Part shown: piece by piece, positions 1 to 9,165 of the stretch
Position numbering within the stretch: position 1 is the stretch's first letter
How the letters are laid out: each line of letters starts with the position of its first letter
Virus record (IMG/VR): IMGVR_UViG_3300021962_000023
Location: 96,001 to 160,000 of that record
Reading direction: 5' to 3' (one strand)
Source of the DNA: a virus
DNA length: 64,000 nt
Notes under the pieces: model-generated
What the model saw: the letters and a program-made list of their open reading frames with translations, nothing else
Told to the model about the DNA's origin: nothing
The model's database searches: none
Translations under genes and position numbers: made by a program

Positions 1-1178
1 AAGTTAGCAGTTTCAATTTCTAATGCATTTAATCTAGTGATTGCCGAACCACTTGCCGTTGATAATTGGTCTAATCTACTATTTTGAGTTGTATTAGTTG
101 TATCGTTTGAACCTGTGTAAGTGTTCAATGAATCTAATATTCCAATTATTTGTGAAGAGCCTGATACAACACCATTTGTTGCGTTAATTGTACCATTATG
201 AATACCATTAAATGAAGTACCTGTAAATGCCCCGGCTTTGAAATCTGCTAATGTAAATCCAGTCCCGTTTACATCTACCTGTGCAGATGTTTCATCTTGT
301 AAACCATTGAATACTTTCCAAGTATGCCCATCACTTGCATCCATAAAGATACCCGCGTGTCTATATGTACCATCATTATAATGTCCTACAACACCTAAAT
401 CATTATCAATAGATGCCGTTGGTGATAAGTAAAGTATGTTATCCGAAATTGAAACATTTTGTGAATTGATTACGGATTGTGTGCCATAAACAACAATGTT
501 TCCTAAGAATGAAACAGTTGAACCAGTCATTTGAATACCGGCTTGTAATGAAGCGGTATATGAATTTAAATTGGTTAATGAAACATCTTGTGAATCATTT
601 TTAGTCTTTGCTGCTGAAGCAGATGTTATTAAACTTCCACTTACAACTCCAATTTCAGTCAATCTTGTTTCAACTGAACCTGTATAAGTAGCTAATGTAC
701 TATTTTGGGTTAATTGAGAACCACTAAATGTATTTAATGAATCTAATATACCCAATACTTGAGATGAACCACTTACAACACCGTTAGTTGCTGCAATAGC
801 ACCACTAATAGAAGTTGCGTATACATTTCTATATACTTTGGTTGTACTACCTAAATCAAATGTATTAGTTGCATCTGGTATAATTGATGAACTTAAATCT
901 GCGTTTAATGCGATTGTATCGGTATTGGCATCACCAATTGTGATATTTCCACCTAATATTAAATTACCATGTATTTCTGCATTTCCTGTGATATCCAAGC
1001 CAGACCCTGAAATATCTCCAAAAGTAGCAACACTTGCTGTACCGACTGTTGCTAATTGAATATCACCATTATCACCACCTACCAACAATGTTTGTAGAGT
1101 TGTATTTACGAATGGTTCTCCGAATGCTAACGAACCTGATTGTTGTGCGGTTGTCCCACGTCTAAATTTAAGTGCCAT
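1..1178 (-). CDS. Ser/Thr-rich tail fibre/receptor-binding paralogue, partial (runs off the window start; absent from the ORF track)
   Basis: Manual translation from ATG at 1178: MALKFRRGTTAQQSGSLAFGEPFVNTT..., open to position 1. Has the RRG..L..GE N-terminal motif of the neighbouring genes and shares the STLATYTGSVETRLTEIGVVSGSL module with 5796..7841. Confidence 0.8.
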   Translation of the reverse strand, partial: MALKFRRGTTAQQSGSLAFGEPFVNTTLQTLLVGGDNGDIQLATVGTASVATFGDISGSGLDITGNAEIHGNLILGGNITIGDANTDTIALNADLSSSIIPDATNTFDLGSTTKVYRNVYATSISGAIAATNGVVSGSSQVLGILDSLNTFSGSQLTQNSTLATYTGSVETRLTEIGVVSGSLITSASAAKTKNDSQDVSLTNLNSYTASLQAGIQMTGSTVSFLGNIVVYGTQSVINSQNVSISDNILYLSPTASIDNDLGVVGHYNDGTYRHAGIFMDASDGHTWKVFNGLQDETSAQVDVNGTGFTLADFKAGAFTGTSFNGIHNGTINATNGVVSGSSQIIGILDSLNTYTGSNDTTNTTQNSRLDQLSTASGSAITRLNALEIETAN

Positions 1179-1220
1179 CTAGTTTACCTTTTTTTTAGTA
1201 CGATTAATTAATTATATGTT

Positions 1221-1229
1221 TATAAATAT
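1221..1229 (-). promoter_or_regulatory. Putative phage late-promoter motif ATATTTATA
   Basis: Intergenic, 43 nt upstream of ATG 1178. The same motif recurs upstream of about 10 structural genes. Confidence 0.55.
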
Positions 1230-1246
1230 CTATTTTTTTATCAAAA

Positions 1247-4141
1247 CTACACATTGAAATCAATATGGAATTGACTTCCACTATAAGTAAAGTATTGTGC
1301 ATATGATGCTGAATATAATTCCAATGCTTCAATTCTACTATCAGTCGATGCAGTCCATTGGTTTATCTTAGTAAATTCAGCTGCTAAACCAGCTCCTACC
1401 GAAATAGATGCCGTATATTCTAACAAATCTATTCTAGCTTCGTGGTCTGAACCTGTCCAAAATAAACTAGCCGTAGCGGTTATCAAAGAAGAAGTTACTT
1501 GTGCTAAAGTAGTTGCTCTCGTTTCTAAACTTCCCGTTTCAATTTTTAAATCAGCAAATCTACTTTCGAATGAAGATGCTGAACTGATTAAAGAAGATGA
1601 TACTATTCCAATTTCAATTGCTCTTGTTTCTAATGATGCAGTTTCAGTTCCTAATGTTGCAAATCTACTTTCAAATGAAGATGCTGAGCTTATTAACGAA
1701 CCTGTTACAATACCAATTTCAGTTGCTCTTGTTTCTAAACTAGCCGTTTCAGTTGCTAATGTTGCAAATCTACTTTCAAATGAACTTGCAGAACTTATCA
1801 AACTAGCCGTTACAATACCAATTTCAGTTGCTCTTGTTTCTAAACTAGCCGTTTCAGTTGCTAATGTTTGGAATTGAGTAAGAATTGATGCCGATAACGA
1901 ATTTAAATTAGTTATTGAGATTGTATTCGCAGATGCAGTTGAAATCAATGAACCACTAATTGTTGCTAATGATGTAAATCTAATATCATATGAACCAGAT
2001 TTAGCTTCTATATCCCCTAATCTTTGTTCGTGATTGGATGCAGTTGATATTAATGAACCACTAATTGTTGCTAATGTAATTGCTCTGGCTTCTAAACTAG
2101 CCGTTTCACTATTTAAATTTGAAATAGCGATTGTATTTGCGGATGCCGTTAAAATCAATGAACCACTAATTGTTGCTAAATTTGCATTTCTTGCTTCAAA
2201 AGAAGATGCCGAGCTAATTAATGAACCTGTAATAGTTGCTAAATTCGAATTTCTTGTTTCAAATGAACTAGCAGAAGTAATTAATGAACCTGTAATAGCT
2301 CTTAATGCGGAATTATATGTATCAAATCCACTTATAGATTCCAATGTAATTTGAGATGAACCCGAAACTACACTATCTCCACCTGCCAATAATATTTTTG
2401 ATTCACCATCTTTAATTCCACCCTTCCAATAATCATTCGTTGCATCCCATAATAATGAACCCGATACAACTGAACCACCGGTAGGGTCTTTAACTAATAA
2501 ACCACCATTTGTATTTGCTGAACCATTTAATTCGATTACATTATCACCGATTTGAATAGTAGTTGAATCGATGGTAGTTTGTGTTCCTTTAACAACCAAA
2601 TCACCTAAAATGGTTACAGATGAACCAGTTAATTCAATTGCAGTTTTTAAAGATGATGTATATGATTCAATACTTCCAATTCTTTGTTCGTGATTCGAAG
2701 CAGTTTCTATCAATGAGCCGGTAGTAATTGCCAAACTTGCAAATCGTACATCATGTGAAGATGCTGAACTAATCAATGAACCTGTTATTACACCGATTGC
2801 ATTTAATTGTGAGTTTTTAATACTTCCGGATATTTCTATTACTGAACCACTATTACCTATAATAATAGATTCAGCATGATATGCTCCAATTTGTACAAAA
2901 TCCGCATATACTAATGCTTGAGTAGTACCATCTTTTAAGTCTTGAACCGATACATTGCCGATGTTTCCGCCTGAACCAGATGGGAATATTTGCATTTGTG
3001 ACCTATACGGGCCAACCGATAATAATGAACCATAAGTGTCAGTTGGGTCAAACATATACATCGCCAATGCGTTGTGTAATGCGCCTTGTCCATCATCATA
3101 ATGTTCTAATGCAACTGCCGAATATCCGTATTCTCTACCATCCAATGTAAACCCATCGGTTTTTATTATATGTTTTTCAGTTCCAACAGAAGGCCATTTA
3201 ATATTGAATTGAGCATCAGAACCACTTGTTATCAATGAACCTGTGATTATTTGATTTCCTACAAATGAGTTTGCTCTATCTATTCTCGCATATGAACCAC
3301 TTTCCGATTCAAATGTATCTAATCTTTGTTCGTGGTTAGAAGAAGTAGAAATTAAAGAACCACTAATAGTTGCTAAATCAGCAAATCTATTTTCGTGATT
3401 TGATGCAGTTACTATTAATGAACCACTAATAGTTGCTAAACTTGCATTTCTTGTTTCAAACGAAGATGCTGAACTGATTAATGAACCACTAACAACTCCG
3501 ATTTCGGTAAATCTCGAATCGTATGATGCGGTTACATTTCCTAATGTTGTAAATCTACTTTCATGCGAAGATGCGGTTGCTATTAATGAACCACTAATAG
3601 TTGCTAAACTTGCATTTCTTGTTTCATGTGAAGATGCGGTTAGTATCAATGAGCCAGTAATTGTTGCTAAAGAAACTGCTCTAGTTTCTAAACTACTACT
3701 TTCAGTTTCTAATGAACCTACTCTTTGATTTAATGATGTAACATCTATACCATTTACACTACCCGATAAAGATGCCGTAACACTATTTGCCCACAATGTT
3801 CTCCATTTAGCACCACTTGTACCTAAATCCAAAGTTCCGTTTGTACCTGGAACTAAATTGGTTGTAAATACACCTGGCACACTAATGTTATCTCCCGATG
3901 TATTACCTAAAAATAAATTACCTGAAATTGCAACATCGCCACTAAAATATGCATTCGATGCGGTAATATTTCCGCCTATATTTAATGAACCAGAGTTTGG
4001 TTGGTCTAATCTAGCTAAAGTTATCGGATTACCATCTCCTAATGAAATTTGTAGAGAACCCGAACTCTTATGTAAATATAATTCACCATCCATTAAGGAT
4101 ACTGAACCCGAACCTCTTCTTAATTGAAATATCGCTGCCAT
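1247..4141 (-). CDS. Long fibre protein with N-terminal Mtd_N-like motif and heptad-repeat Ser/Thr-rich shaft (964 aa)
   Basis: MAAIFQLRRGS...LMDGELYL N-terminus; repeated LATISGSLISSASSFETR units; internal GDLVVKGTQTTIDSTTIQIGDNVIELN domain shared with 5796..7841. Confidence 0.75.
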   Translation of the reverse strand: MAAIFQLRRGSGSVSLMDGELYLHKSSGSLQISLGDGNPITLARLDQPNSGSLNIGGNITASNAYFSGDVAISGNLFLGNTSGDNISVPGVFTTNLVPGTNGTLDLGTSGAKWRTLWANSVTASLSGSVNGIDVTSLNQRVGSLETESSSLETRAVSLATITGSLILTASSHETRNASLATISGSLIATASSHESRFTTLGNVTASYDSRFTEIGVVSGSLISSASSFETRNASLATISGSLIVTASNHENRFADLATISGSLISTSSNHEQRLDTFESESGSYARIDRANSFVGNQIITGSLITSGSDAQFNIKWPSVGTEKHIIKTDGFTLDGREYGYSAVALEHYDDGQGALHNALAMYMFDPTDTYGSLLSVGPYRSQMQIFPSGSGGNIGNVSVQDLKDGTTQALVYADFVQIGAYHAESIIIGNSGSVIEISGSIKNSQLNAIGVITGSLISSASSHDVRFASLAITTGSLIETASNHEQRIGSIESYTSSLKTAIELTGSSVTILGDLVVKGTQTTIDSTTIQIGDNVIELNGSANTNGGLLVKDPTGGSVVSGSLLWDATNDYWKGGIKDGESKILLAGGDSVVSGSSQITLESISGFDTYNSALRAITGSLITSASSFETRNSNLATITGSLISSASSFEARNANLATISGSLILTASANTIAISNLNSETASLEARAITLATISGSLISTASNHEQRLGDIEAKSGSYDIRFTSLATISGSLISTASANTISITNLNSLSASILTQFQTLATETASLETRATEIGIVTASLISSASSFESRFATLATETASLETRATEIGIVTGSLISSASSFESRFATLGTETASLETRAIEIGIVSSSLISSASSFESRFADLKIETGSLETRATTLAQVTSSLITATASLFWTGSDHEARIDLLEYTASISVGAGLAAEFTKINQWTASTDSRIEALELYSASYAQYFTYSGSQFHIDFNV
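1545..1865 (-). repeat. About 3 tandem 105-bp (35-aa) coding repeats
   Basis: Unit SLISSASSFESRFATLATETASLETRATEIGIVT recurs three times. DNA aaatctactttc(g/a)aatgaa recurs at ~1556, ~1661 and ~1766. Confidence 0.85.
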
Positions 4142-4160
4142 CTAATACTTTTATGTTTCT

Positions 4161-4169
4161 TATAAATAT
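4161..4169 (-). promoter_or_regulatory. Putative phage late-promoter motif ATATTTATA
   Basis: Intergenic, 20 nt upstream of ATG 4141. Confidence 0.55.
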
Positions 4170-4171
4170 GA

Positions 4172-4972
4172 TTAAATATTAAAATCCAAATCTCCTGCTG
4201 TTGATATGTATTTTGCTAAATGCATATAATTTGCTGTTATACTACCTGTGGTTACATTCATAGCTGATGAACTAATTGATAATGGGGTATTATTACCAAT
4301 TAATACATCAAACGAACCCGTTCTAGCAACCGCTTGGGTATTACCAGTACTATCTTCTACAAAGTTTATAGTACCTGCGGCATCCGGGTCTAAATTAAAA
4401 TCAAATGTATTTGGTCCGGCTGCTACACCAACTTCAGTTCCATTTACTAAGAATGAACCTGTTATTGAAACTGAACCAGTAAATGAATGTAAATCATCTA
4501 ATGTATCTCCAAATTTTGTTGAACCACTTTGGAATAATACTGATGATGATATTACCGAAATATTAAATTGTCTGGCATTAACTTCACCTAATACAACTAA
4601 ATTATTCGTAATAGTTTGCGAACCACTTAGGATTAAACTTCCACTCAATAAAGCGGAACTACCTGTGATATCACCACTTATATCTATATCACCTGCACCT
4701 ATAATATGATTTGTTACATATAAATCTCTAGCAACATTGGCATCCTGTGTTATTACTAATTCTCCAAACGAACCTGTCTTTGTTAAAGATATTGAACCGG
4801 TTGTGATTGAATTCGTTGTTACGATTCCTTCTATTGAATCTAAATTTCCCGAACGCTTGATAAACAATTTACCATCATAGGTATTTATTGCAATTTCACC
4901 AACATTCAAAGAATTTGTATCCGGCACTTTGCCAGGAAGCGAGGAACGCTTTAGTATAATACTTTGTGCCAT
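4172..4972 (-). CDS. Short fibre/virion protein with Mtd_N-like N-terminus (266 aa)
   Basis: MAQSIILKRSSLPGKVPDTNSLNVGEIAINTYDGKLFIK matches the major-tropism-determinant-type N-terminal motif seen in phage fibres. Confidence 0.7.
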   Translation of the reverse strand: MAQSIILKRSSLPGKVPDTNSLNVGEIAINTYDGKLFIKRSGNLDSIEGIVTTNSITTGSISLTKTGSFGELVITQDANVARDLYVTNHIIGAGDIDISGDITGSSALLSGSLILSGSQTITNNLVVLGEVNARQFNISVISSSVLFQSGSTKFGDTLDDLHSFTGSVSITGSFLVNGTEVGVAAGPNTFDFNLDPDAAGTINFVEDSTGNTQAVARTGSFDVLIGNNTPLSISSSAMNVTTGSITANYMHLAKYISTAGDLDFNI

Positions 4973-5005
4973 ATCTATGGACTAATTGTTTTAGAGTTAT
5001 ATAAC

Positions 5006-5032
5006 AAAAAAAAGGTACTATATAGTACCTTT
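5006..5032 (-). terminator. Intrinsic terminator
   Basis: Perfect stem AAAGGTACTA-TA-TAGTACCTTT followed by a T run on the minus strand. Confidence 0.7.
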
Positions 5033-5040
5033 ATAAATAT
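5032..5040 (-). promoter_or_regulatory. Putative phage late-promoter motif ATATTTATA
   Basis: Intergenic, 60 nt upstream of ATG 4972, abutting the terminator stem. Confidence 0.5.
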
Positions 5041-5061
5041 AAAATATTTTTATTATAGTAA

Positions 5062-5724
5062 TTAAAATTGTCCAGCATCAATTAAAGATGCGGATATTTC
5101 CAAATTTGCTAATCGGATTGCTACCGAACCACTAAATGATAATACATCACCTATACCATATAAAGAACCACTAAATCCATTTGTAGTTGTAAATGTTCCT
5201 TGTACTTGTTCATTGTATCTAAATTCAACCGCATTGTTTGTAGTTGCTACTTTGTAAAGAGAACCACTACCCTGAATATATCCAATTGTTCCTGCAAATG
5301 GTTCTGAATTGAAATCAAAATCATCAGGTCTCATTGATGCGGTAATTCCTACCAACCCACTACCATTACCAAAGAATGCAGATGCGGATACTATTGATGC
5401 GGATACTGCCCCTGCTATATCAATATCACCATTACCAACGATATCACCCGTTACATATGCTCCACCTGCAATATTTGCATCATTATTTACAACCAATTCA
5501 CCAAATGAACCCGTTTGTAAAATGTTAATCGAACCTATTGTATCAGAACCAGCTACTACAATATCAACTATCGTATCAACGGAGCCTGATTTATGTAAAA
5601 AGGCTTTACCATCATATGAGTTTACTCCAATTTCACCTACAAGTAATGTAGATTCCGTTGGTCTTGAACCAGATGTGGCCGACCTTCTTTGTAATATTAT
5701 GGTTTTGTTGTTATTTGTAGCCAT
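5062..5724 (-). CDS. Short fibre/virion protein with Mtd_N-like N-terminus (220 aa)
   Basis: IILQRRSATSGSRPTESTLLVGEIGVNSYDGKAFLHKSG; clear paralogue of 4172..4972. Confidence 0.7.
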   Translation of the reverse strand: MATNNNKTIILQRRSATSGSRPTESTLLVGEIGVNSYDGKAFLHKSGSVDTIVDIVVAGSDTIGSINILQTGSFGELVVNNDANIAGGAYVTGDIVGNGDIDIAGAVSASIVSASAFFGNGSGLVGITASMRPDDFDFNSEPFAGTIGYIQGSGSLYKVATTNNAVEFRYNEQVQGTFTTTNGFSGSLYGIGDVLSFSGSVAIRLANLEISASLIDAGQF

Positions 5725-5757
5725 TTAAGTTTGGTATTTTAATTCATTTAATAATTT

Positions 5758-5787
5758 AAAAAATCCCCCCATATTTCAGAGGGGATT
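5758..5787 (-). terminator. Intrinsic terminator
   Basis: AATCCCC...GGGGATT stem plus T run just after the stop of 5796..7841. Confidence 0.7.
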
Positions 5788-5795
5788 AAATATTA

Positions 5796-7841
5796 TTAGA
5801 ATGAACCACCATCAATTACATTACTCATTACAAAATCACTACCATCCCATTGTAGTAAATCTCCAGCAACACTTGCAGTTGGAACTAAATCCAAATTACC
5901 ATTTGTGTTTCTAAATGCTACTCTCTTAGAACTTCCAGCGCCAGAACCTAAATTAATAGATGCAGTTACCGCCGGTGCAGTTATTGCGATTGATGAAGTA
6001 AATGTTGTTGAAGAGTGTTGGTAAACAAAGTTTGCACTTGCACCAGCTACTTCAAATCCTGCACCATCTGCGGTTGCCGATGATGTAGAACCACTTGCTA
6101 ATGTTATTACCTTATCTTCTACTACTAATTGTGCAGTATTTAATGTTACAGTATTACCCTGTACTACCAAATCACCACCAACTACTACATCACCCGTTGT
6201 TGTTACTTTAGCGAAAGTTACATTATTAGAAGTACCTACACCTTGTATTGTACCTGTACCTTCTAATGTATCTAATCTACTATCAGCGGATGCTGTGAAT
6301 GTGTTAATATTTGAAACCGAAGTGTTTAAACTTGCAGTTGTTGAGTTTAAGTTTGAGATACTTACATCTTGTGAATCATTTTTAGTTTTTGCAGCTGATG
6401 CTGATGCTATTAATGAACCACTTACAACACCAACTTCAGTCAATCTCGTTTCTACTGAACCCGTATAAGTTGCTAATGTAGAATCTTTTGTTAATTGAGA
6501 AGAACTAAATGAATTTAATGCTGATATTGAAACATCTTGTGAATCATTTGTAGATTTTGCAGCTGATGCAGATACTATTAATGAACCACTAACAACTCCG
6601 ATTTCGGTAAATCTAGTGTTTGCCGATGCAGTAAATGCGTTTAATGCGGTTGTTGATGTATTTGATGATGTATATGCGTTTAATGCCGCAACTGATACAT
6701 TTACACTTGCAGATGTTGATTCTAAATTATCTAATCTAACGCCTTGCAAATCATTTGTAGATTTTGCAGCTGATGCTGAACTAATTAACGAACCTGTTAT
6801 AGTTGCTAATGCCGAATCAAATGCGGTAAACCCAGTTGTTGATTGTAAAGTAATTTGAGATGAACCACTAACTACCGAATCACCACCTGCTAAAAGAACT
6901 TTAATTTCAGAACCTTTAACACCGGCTTTCCAATAATCATTTGTAGTATCCCAAATAATTGAACCAGTTGCCGTATTAGGTGCGGTTGGGTCTTTAACCC
7001 ATAATCCACCATTTGTAGCACCCGTTCCGTTTAATTCAATTATATTATCACCTAACTGAATTGTTGTAGAATCTACAATAGTTTGTGTACCTTGTACAGT
7101 CAAATTACCGGCAATAGTTACATCAGAACCACTAATATTAAATGCGGTATCAAATGATGAACTAAATCCTTCTATATTCGTTAATCTACTTGCCGCATTT
7201 GATGCTGAGCTTATCAATGAACCAGTTACTACACCAACTTCTGCCAATCTCGTTGATACTGATGCAGTAAATGTGTTTTGATTTGCATTTGTAATTGCTG
7301 CAGCCGATGCTGAAGAAATCAATGAACCACTAACTACTCCAATTTCTGTCAATCTTGTATCAACCGAAGCCGTATAAGTTGCTAATGTACTATTTTGAGT
7401 TAATTGAGAGCCTGTAAAATCATTTAATAATGTTACAGATGTACCAATAGTTCCACTACCAATAGATGCAGATAATGCATTGATTGATGTTGCTACCGAA
7501 GAGCTAAATGGTTGGATGTTACCTACTAAATTAATAGCAGTGTTTCCACCACTACCTAATAAGTATAATGTACCACTTCCACTATCGTAGAAAGGAACAC
7601 CATTAACCATTCCATTGTAAGTGCTAGCCGCAAATGTTGCAGGTGCAGAACTACCAATAAGAAATCTATTTACCGCTTGAACCTGTCCATCGGATGGTAC
7701 TGCGAATACAATAGATGAACCATTGGTTGTGGTTAGGTTTGACGACCCCGATGCTATTACTATTTCACCTTTTTGTAATGAGCCGGTTACAGCTGATAGG
7801 GATTCTAAACTACCACGTCTGTGTTTAATGATTTGTGCCAT
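5796..7841 (-). CDS. Ser/Thr-rich fibre protein (681 aa)
   Basis: MAQIIKHRRGSL...LQKGEIVI N-terminus; repeated TRLTEVGVVSGSLIxSASAAK modules; C-terminus IDGGSF. Confidence 0.75.
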   Translation of the reverse strand: MAQIIKHRRGSLESLSAVTGSLQKGEIVIASGSSNLTTTNGSSIVFAVPSDGQVQAVNRFLIGSSAPATFAASTYNGMVNGVPFYDSGSGTLYLLGSGGNTAINLVGNIQPFSSSVATSINALSASIGSGTIGTSVTLLNDFTGSQLTQNSTLATYTASVDTRLTEIGVVSGSLISSASAAAITNANQNTFTASVSTRLAEVGVVTGSLISSASNAASRLTNIEGFSSSFDTAFNISGSDVTIAGNLTVQGTQTIVDSTTIQLGDNIIELNGTGATNGGLWVKDPTAPNTATGSIIWDTTNDYWKAGVKGSEIKVLLAGGDSVVSGSSQITLQSTTGFTAFDSALATITGSLISSASAAKSTNDLQGVRLDNLESTSASVNVSVAALNAYTSSNTSTTALNAFTASANTRFTEIGVVSGSLIVSASAAKSTNDSQDVSISALNSFSSSQLTKDSTLATYTGSVETRLTEVGVVSGSLIASASAAKTKNDSQDVSISNLNSTTASLNTSVSNINTFTASADSRLDTLEGTGTIQGVGTSNNVTFAKVTTTGDVVVGGDLVVQGNTVTLNTAQLVVEDKVITLASGSTSSATADGAGFEVAGASANFVYQHSSTTFTSSIAITAPAVTASINLGSGAGSSKRVAFRNTNGNLDLVPTASVAGDLLQWDGSDFVMSNVIDGGSF

Positions 7842-7885
7842 ATTTATGTTATTCTCTTTTTTAAGAAATTTCTCTTTTTACTTCT

Positions 7886-7894
7886 TATAAATAT
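7886..7894 (-). promoter_or_regulatory. Putative phage late-promoter motif ATATTTATA
   Basis: Intergenic, 45 nt upstream of ATG 7841. Confidence 0.55.
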
Positions 7895-7940
7895 AACTTT
7901 TTTTTCGAATCGTATTAGATTAAATGATATATCTCATTTT

Positions 7941-8387
7941 CTAAAATTCTCCCATATCAACATTTAAATTAGAAGTGGTAACCGCTAACTCAATATCCGT
8001 TGCATATGTATCATTCAACGATGCAGTAAAGGTATTTAACGAATCTAATACTCCTATAATTTGTTGTGAACCGGATACCAATGTTGGTTTGTTAATAATA
8101 TCTGCAAAATCAATTGAATCCGCAAGTATTTCTCCTACAATTTGAGATGCTGATATATTTCCCGTTGCTTGTGAAAGATTTATTTGTGTGGATGATGATA
8201 CTATACCATCCGGCAATGCTGCTTGAACATTATTTACAATTATATTTACTATCGATTGAGATAATGATGTTTCTAATGATTGGCTAACAATTGCATTTAC
8301 AGATGCCGAAAAATCAGTACCTGCTGCCGCAGATTGTTGTAACGCAGAACCACTTTCTATTTGTTTTAATCTTATAAATGTTGCCAT
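7941..8387 (-). CDS. Small fibre-associated virion protein (148 aa)
   Basis: Shares the LVSGSQQIIGVLDSLNTFT module with the 1..1178 ORF; ends in DMGEF like its neighbours. Confidence 0.6.
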   Translation of the reverse strand: MATFIRLKQIESGSALQQSAAAGTDFSASVNAIVSQSLETSLSQSIVNIIVNNVQAALPDGIVSSSTQINLSQATGNISASQIVGEILADSIDFADIINKPTLVSGSQQIIGVLDSLNTFTASLNDTYATDIELAVTTSNLNVDMGEF

Positions 8388-8390
8388 ATT

Positions 8391-8399
8391 GATAAATAT
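8391..8399 (-). promoter_or_regulatory. Variant late motif ATATTTATC
   Basis: Ends 3 nt before ATG 8387. Confidence 0.4.
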
Positions 8400-8400
8400 C

Positions 8401-9165
8401 TTATTTTATATAAACTGCCAATGTGTTAAAAGTCGATGATAAACCATTTCCAGTAGTTGTTGTATTTGCCAATCCATAAACTTGATTAGTTGTTCTATTA
8501 GTCCAACCACCTGTTCCTAATGCATTTCCACTTCTACCATAAGGTGCATCGGGATAAGCATTTGTTGGTCCGTTTGTAGTCCACCAGTTAGTATCATAGT
8601 TCCAATCACACGGTGCTACTACCGGATAAGAAGATGCTGTCATAAAGGTATATCCTTTTATTGAAGACCAACTACCTGTTAATGCAGGTGAAAGTTTTAG
8701 AGTTACAGGTGTAGTTATACTTATATCCAATGCATTTGGATTTGAATAAACCGTCTGATGTGCAATACTACAATTTGATAAATGTGGTTGAACTGATGCA
8801 GTTGATGCCATTCTCATTACCGAATTACATTGTGCACTTCCACTTACATTAAACCAAAGATTTTCTGCGTTTCTATAATGTTTTATAAATGATGGTGTTT
8901 GCAAACTTCCACTATCTGCATTTGGATATGGGTAACCCAATTGTGTTGAACCAGATGGATTGTATGATACTAACATCCAACCACCACCATTATCAGTTTG
9001 ATTACAATAAACTTGAACCGAACTTGTCATCATACTCGTTTGTATGTAATACCACCCACTTGTTTGAATTCCGGCATTATATAGTTGAGTTGCAGAAAGC
9101 GCAGGATTACCAATAGTACCCAATGTACTACCCATAGTAAATCCATTTTCAAATATTATAGCCAT
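8401..9165 (-). CDS. Fibrinogen C-terminal-like (FReD) domain protein
   Basis: SGWYYIQ...VYCNQTDNGGGWMLV resembles the SGxYxI...VYCDMxTDGGGWT signature of fibrinogen-related domains. Confidence 0.7.
   Translation of the reverse strand: MAIIFENGFTMGSTLGTIGNPALSATQLYNAGIQTSGWYYIQTSMMTSSVQVYCNQTDNGGGWMLVSYNPSGSTQLGYPYPNADSGSLQTPSFIKHYRNAENLWFNVSGSAQCNSVMRMASTASVQPHLSNCSIAHQTVYSNPNALDISITTPVTLKLSPALTGSWSSIKGYTFMTASSYPVVAPCDWNYDTNWWTTNGPTNAYPDAPYGRSGNALGTGGWTNRTTNQVYGLANTTTTGNGLSSTFNTLAVYIK

Noticed and set aside
1545-3720. CRISPR-like array
   Set aside because: The repeats are in-frame, degenerate coding units without unique spacers, and no cas genes are present.
1-7841. Diversity-generating retroelement suggested by the Mtd-like N-termini
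   Set aside because: No reverse transcriptase and no TR/VR pair differing only at adenines in this window; the similarity is only to the N-terminal anchor motif.
1247-7943. Stop-codon reassignment (TAG/TGA) as in some large phages
   Set aside because: Genes are intact and densely packed under code 11, and TAG stops at 1247 and 7941 fall at the same C-terminal motif as TAA-ending paralogues.
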